DNA from: Bdellovibrio sp.
Lineage (GTDB): Bacteria; Bdellovibrionota; Bdellovibrionia; Bdellovibrionales; Bdellovibrionaceae
Reading direction: 5' to 3'
Assembly: GCA_036677065.1 (NCBI GenBank)
Contig: JAKFBS010000002.1
Span: forward strand, 160,001-224,000
Length of the DNA: 64,000 nt
A program made the position numbers and the translations under genes. This document shows, one piece after another, positions 60,824 through 64,000 of the stretch. The notes under the pieces were generated by a model. It was not told where the DNA came from. It worked only from the letters and a program-made list of their open reading frames with translations, and did no database searches. The number at the start of each line of letters is the position of its first letter. Positions within the stretch are counted from its first letter, which is position 1.

Positions 60824-62536
60824 ATGGCTGTCTGGAAAGATAAAAGTAAAAATATATCTACTTCAGATAGCTCTAAACCATACCCTGAGCTGATAGCAAA
60901 ACTTCTAAACGCTCGGGGCTATGATGATTCGCAAATCGACTCAATTCTTAATCCTAAATTAAGTGTCTTAAAAGATCCGTTTTTATTATTAGGAATGGAT
61001 AAAGCCGTTGAACGCATTAAACAGGCTTATTTAAATAATCAAAAAATCTGTATTTACGCTGACTTCGACCTTGATGGCACAAGTGGTCTTGGTATTTTAA
61101 AACAAGCCCTTGAAAATCTGGGTTTTAAAGATGTCAGCTACTATCAACCTAAGCGTTTAAGCGAAGGTTATGGTTTTCATCCGCATGCTGTTGAAGAGCT
61201 AAAAACCATCGGCATTGATTTAATTATCACAGTCGATGTGGGTATCACTTCGCATAAAGCTTTTGAAAAAGCGAATGAATTAAATATCGATGTGATTTTA
61301 ACAGATCACCATTTACCAAGTGAAACTTTACCCAGTGCTTATTGCGTGATTAACCCCAATCAAAAAGCCTGCACCAGTGGGCTTGGGTATTTATGTGGGG
61401 CGGGTGTTGCGTTTTACCTGGCTCGTGCGCTAAAACGCGCGTTTTCTGAAGATCCACAGCTTCCAAAAAAAGAATGGGATCTCAAAGAACTGTTAGATTT
61501 ATTTTGCATTGGCACTTTAACAGATATGGTGCCGCTGATTGATGATAACCGTGTGCTGGTAAAACATGGCATGGTGGTATTGCAAAATACGCAAAAAGTG
61601 GGTTTGCAAGCGCTCTTAGAGGCCTTAGAATTAACGGGCAGAACTCTGTCGTCGCAAGATGTTTCGATTAAATTTGCACCAAAGCTAAATGCCTTATCGC
61701 GGATGGAATCTGATATTTTGCCGATTCATATTTATTTAGAAAAAAATCTGACCCATGCAAGGTCAATGGTCGATCAGATTTTAAAGAACAATCAAACACG
61801 CCAGTCTTTACAATCAAATGCCGAAGGCAAAGCTTTTGAATTACTTAAAGATTGGAATAAAGAAGATTTTGTCTTTGTGTCTAGTGAAGAATTTCACCGT
61901 GGTATTATTGGTCTAATCGCTACCAAATTATCGCAAGAATTTAATCGTCCTGCTTTTGTAGGTTCGCAAAATTCTGAAGGCATGATCGTCGGAAGCGGGC
62001 GTTTGCCGGCAGGACACGAATCCAGTTTGGTTGATGCACTAGGGTTTGCGCAAACGTCATTAAACCGCTTTGGCGGGCATTCTGCGGCGGCAGGGTTTGA
62101 ATTACCTGCGACAAACAAAGAAAATTTAATCTTAAGCTTAGAAAAATTTTATCATCAGTTAAAACTTGAAAAACGTGAAGTCGAAATTGATTTCGATGTA
62201 ACGGCTCATCTGTCAGATTTAAATTCACACTTTATGAAATGGTATGATCATATCGGACCATACGGAGTCGGGTTTACAACGCCATTGTTTCGTTTTAATA
62301 ATTTAAATTTAAATAAGATTAATGAATTAAAAGGCGGGCATCTAAAAGTACAATTTTGGGACGAGAAAAGCTCTATGGATGCTTTATTATTTTCTCCAAG
62401 CACTACTCAGCGCGAAATCCTTCAAACTGGCAGAATGTATGATATTCTAGGTGAAATTCAGTGGAATTACTTTAGAAATAAACAATCTGTCCAAATCTTG
62501 ATTAAAGATTTGAAGGTATCGGAAAACCAAGCATGA
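60824..62536 (+). CDS. recJ: ssDNA exonuclease RecJ
   Basis: DFDLDG, EGYG, TVDVG, TDHH, GSGR, FGGHSAAAG. Confidence 0.95.
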   Translation: MAVWKDKSKNISTSDSSKPYPELIAKLLNARGYDDSQIDSILNPKLSVLKDPFLLLGMDKAVERIKQAYLNNQKICIYADFDLDGTSGLGILKQALENLGFKDVSYYQPKRLSEGYGFHPHAVEELKTIGIDLIITVDVGITSHKAFEKANELNIDVILTDHHLPSETLPSAYCVINPNQKACTSGLGYLCGAGVAFYLARALKRAFSEDPQLPKKEWDLKELLDLFCIGTLTDMVPLIDDNRVLVKHGMVVLQNTQKVGLQALLEALELTGRTLSSQDVSIKFAPKLNALSRMESDILPIHIYLEKNLTHARSMVDQILKNNQTRQSLQSNAEGKAFELLKDWNKEDFVFVSSEEFHRGIIGLIATKLSQEFNRPAFVGSQNSEGMIVGSGRLPAGHESSLVDALGFAQTSLNRFGGHSAAAGFELPATNKENLILSLEKFYHQLKLEKREVEIDFDVTAHLSDLNSHFMKWYDHIGPYGVGFTTPLFRFNNLNLNKINELKGGHLKVQFWDEKSSMDALLFSPSTTQREILQTGRMYDILGEIQWNYFRNKQSVQILIKDLKVSENQA

Positions 62537-63249
62537 TTTTTAAATTTAAGCCAGTGCCCAAGAAAGATCTAAAGTCTGTCGTGTGTTTGTCGGCAGGTTT
62601 AGATTCAACGGTGAATTTGTATGCGGCCCATAAAATGACCGAAGTCGTTCAAACCGTTACTTTTAATTATGGCCAAAAAGCCGCAAAAAAAGAAATCGCT
62701 GCAGCTACAGAAATCTCTAAAAAGTTAAATATTCCTCATACAATTATCGACCTTCCGTGGTTTAAAGACTTAGGGCAGTCGTCACTGACCAGTGATAAAC
62801 AAAATGTTCCCATTGGTGATGAAGTTTCGATTGATAATCATAAAAAATCACAAGTGACGGCCAAGGCTGTCTGGGTGCCAAACCGTAATGGCATATTTTT
62901 AAATATTGCCGCTGGTATTGCTGAAAGTTTAAAAGCTAATTTAATTGTTCCTGGCTTTAACTTAGAAGAGGCCTCTACGTTTCCTGATAACAGTGAAGGT
63001 TTTATGAAAAGTCTGGATTTATCACTGTCATTTTCAACGGCCAATAAAGTCAAAGTTCATTGTTACACGGTCTCATTAACCAAAATTCAGATTGTTAACG
63101 TCGGCATGTCAATGGATGTGCCTTTTGAAATGATCTGGCCATGTTATTTTGCTAAAGATAAATGGTGCGGTGTATGTGAATCTTGTCAGCGCGCCAAGCG
63201 TGCTTTAAGCTTTAACAAGGTGCCTGTTACACATTTATTTGAAAGTTGA
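62533..63249 (+). CDS. queC: 7-cyano-7-deazaguanine synthase
   Basis: SAGLDST, FNYGQ, WVPNRN, C-x8-CxxCxxC zinc site. Confidence 0.92.
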   Translation: MIFKFKPVPKKDLKSVVCLSAGLDSTVNLYAAHKMTEVVQTVTFNYGQKAAKKEIAAATEISKKLNIPHTIIDLPWFKDLGQSSLTSDKQNVPIGDEVSIDNHKKSQVTAKAVWVPNRNGIFLNIAAGIAESLKANLIVPGFNLEEASTFPDNSEGFMKSLDLSLSFSTANKVKVHCYTVSLTKIQIVNVGMSMDVPFEMIWPCYFAKDKWCGVCESCQRAKRALSFNKVPVTHLFES

Positions 63250-63824
63250 AATTAGTCATGCAAACACTCTTCGTATCGACAGCTAAGAAAAACCTTAAAA
63301 ATTATGATGGTTCACAGTTACGCCCGTTGTTTTCTTATGAAAATTTCGGTTTAAAAGGCAATGCGATGATTTCCTGGATTTCACCAACAGATGTGACATT
63401 GGCTCATATGGTGGATTATGAAGATAAAATCGAAGAATCAAAAATCTGTGGCGATAAGATGTTACATTTTATAATCGAGTTTTTTCCGGCCAATTTATCT
63501 TTTGGCGTGATGGCGCAAAGGTTATTAGCTTCAATCATTAAAGACATGATCAGTTTAAAAGCCCCTAAAGAAAAGTTAAACCGTAAGGGTGATGATATCT
63601 ATGTGGGTCAGGGTAAACTTTCAATTTCTATTGCCAGTGTTTCAGCAGTTTCTACGTTAGTTCACTTTGCTGTGAATATTACCAATAAAGGCACACCTGT
63701 TAAAACTGCGTCTTTAGAAGATTTAAATATTAAGCCAGATGCTTTTGCTAAAGATGTTTTAAAAGCTTTTGCTTCTGAATTTGATGATGTGATTTGGGCG
63801 ACACAAAAGGTGAAGCCGCTATGA
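63246..63824 (+). CDS. DUF366-family protein (biotin/lipoate ligase-like fold)
   Basis: YDGSQL, MVDYED, MLHFIIE, QRLL, RKGDDIY, KLSISIA, HFAVN. Confidence 0.8.
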   Translation: MKLVMQTLFVSTAKKNLKNYDGSQLRPLFSYENFGLKGNAMISWISPTDVTLAHMVDYEDKIEESKICGDKMLHFIIEFFPANLSFGVMAQRLLASIIKDMISLKAPKEKLNRKGDDIYVGQGKLSISIASVSAVSTLVHFAVNITNKGTPVKTASLEDLNIKPDAFAKDVLKAFASEFDDVIWATQKVKPL

Positions 63825-64000
63825 TGGTTAAAAGTTTAATTTTAAGTTTAGTCTTAGTTTTTGCGATTCCAAGTTTTGCCTTCGATCAAAACTATACGCT
63901 CTGGAAGCGTGTCATCGCCAATTATGTCGATTACAGTGTAAGTCCTGCCACTGTTGATTATGTCGGCATAAAAAATAACCGTCTGGATTTTACTGAAAAC
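63821..64000 (+). CDS. Partial secreted protein, DUF547-like N-terminus
   Basis: ATGA overlap; MMVKSLILSLVLVFAIPSFAFDQNYTLWKRVIANYVD...VDYVGIK; open to the window end. Confidence 0.6.
   Translation, partial: MMVKSLILSLVLVFAIPSFAFDQNYTLWKRVIANYVDYSVSPATVDYVGIKNNRLDFTEN

Overview
AT-rich (roughly 40% GC by eye) chromosomal window, most likely from a predatory Bdellovibrionota bacterium (Bdellovibrio/Pseudobdellovibrio-like). The taxon is inferred from a 2440-aa S74-chaperone fibre adhesin, many secreted hydrolases and lipoproteins, and dense two-component genes. Left to right: a MocR regulator with a DUF2917-like gene; the giant fibre; GNATs; a CotH kinase operonic with a VanY-CapA fusion; lysC; a secreted protease/phosphodiesterase cluster; a HEAT-repeat protein ending in an RxxxxH motif; a DQDK-repeat lipoprotein locus facing a transglutaminase-elicitor-family gene; OmpR paralogues; three sensor cassettes punctuated by two complete tRNA-Leu(GAG) copies; and queA-[phosphorelay insert]-tgt-yajC-secD-secF-recJ-queC-DUF366. 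Best candidates for undescribed biology: (1) a transglutaminase plus Gln/Lys-repeat substrate module with sigma54-type promoters and a shared palindrome; (2) an unannotated ~340-nt structured RNA with CsrA-type GGA hairpins and a 33-aa membrane ORF upstream of queA; (3) a ~140-bp enhancer/sigma54/signal-peptide cassette duplicated in front of unrelated secreted proteins; (4) the tRNA-Leu-delimited sensor array. No integrase, transposase, CRISPR array or rRNA was seen. All family calls rest on motif recognition, not database searches.
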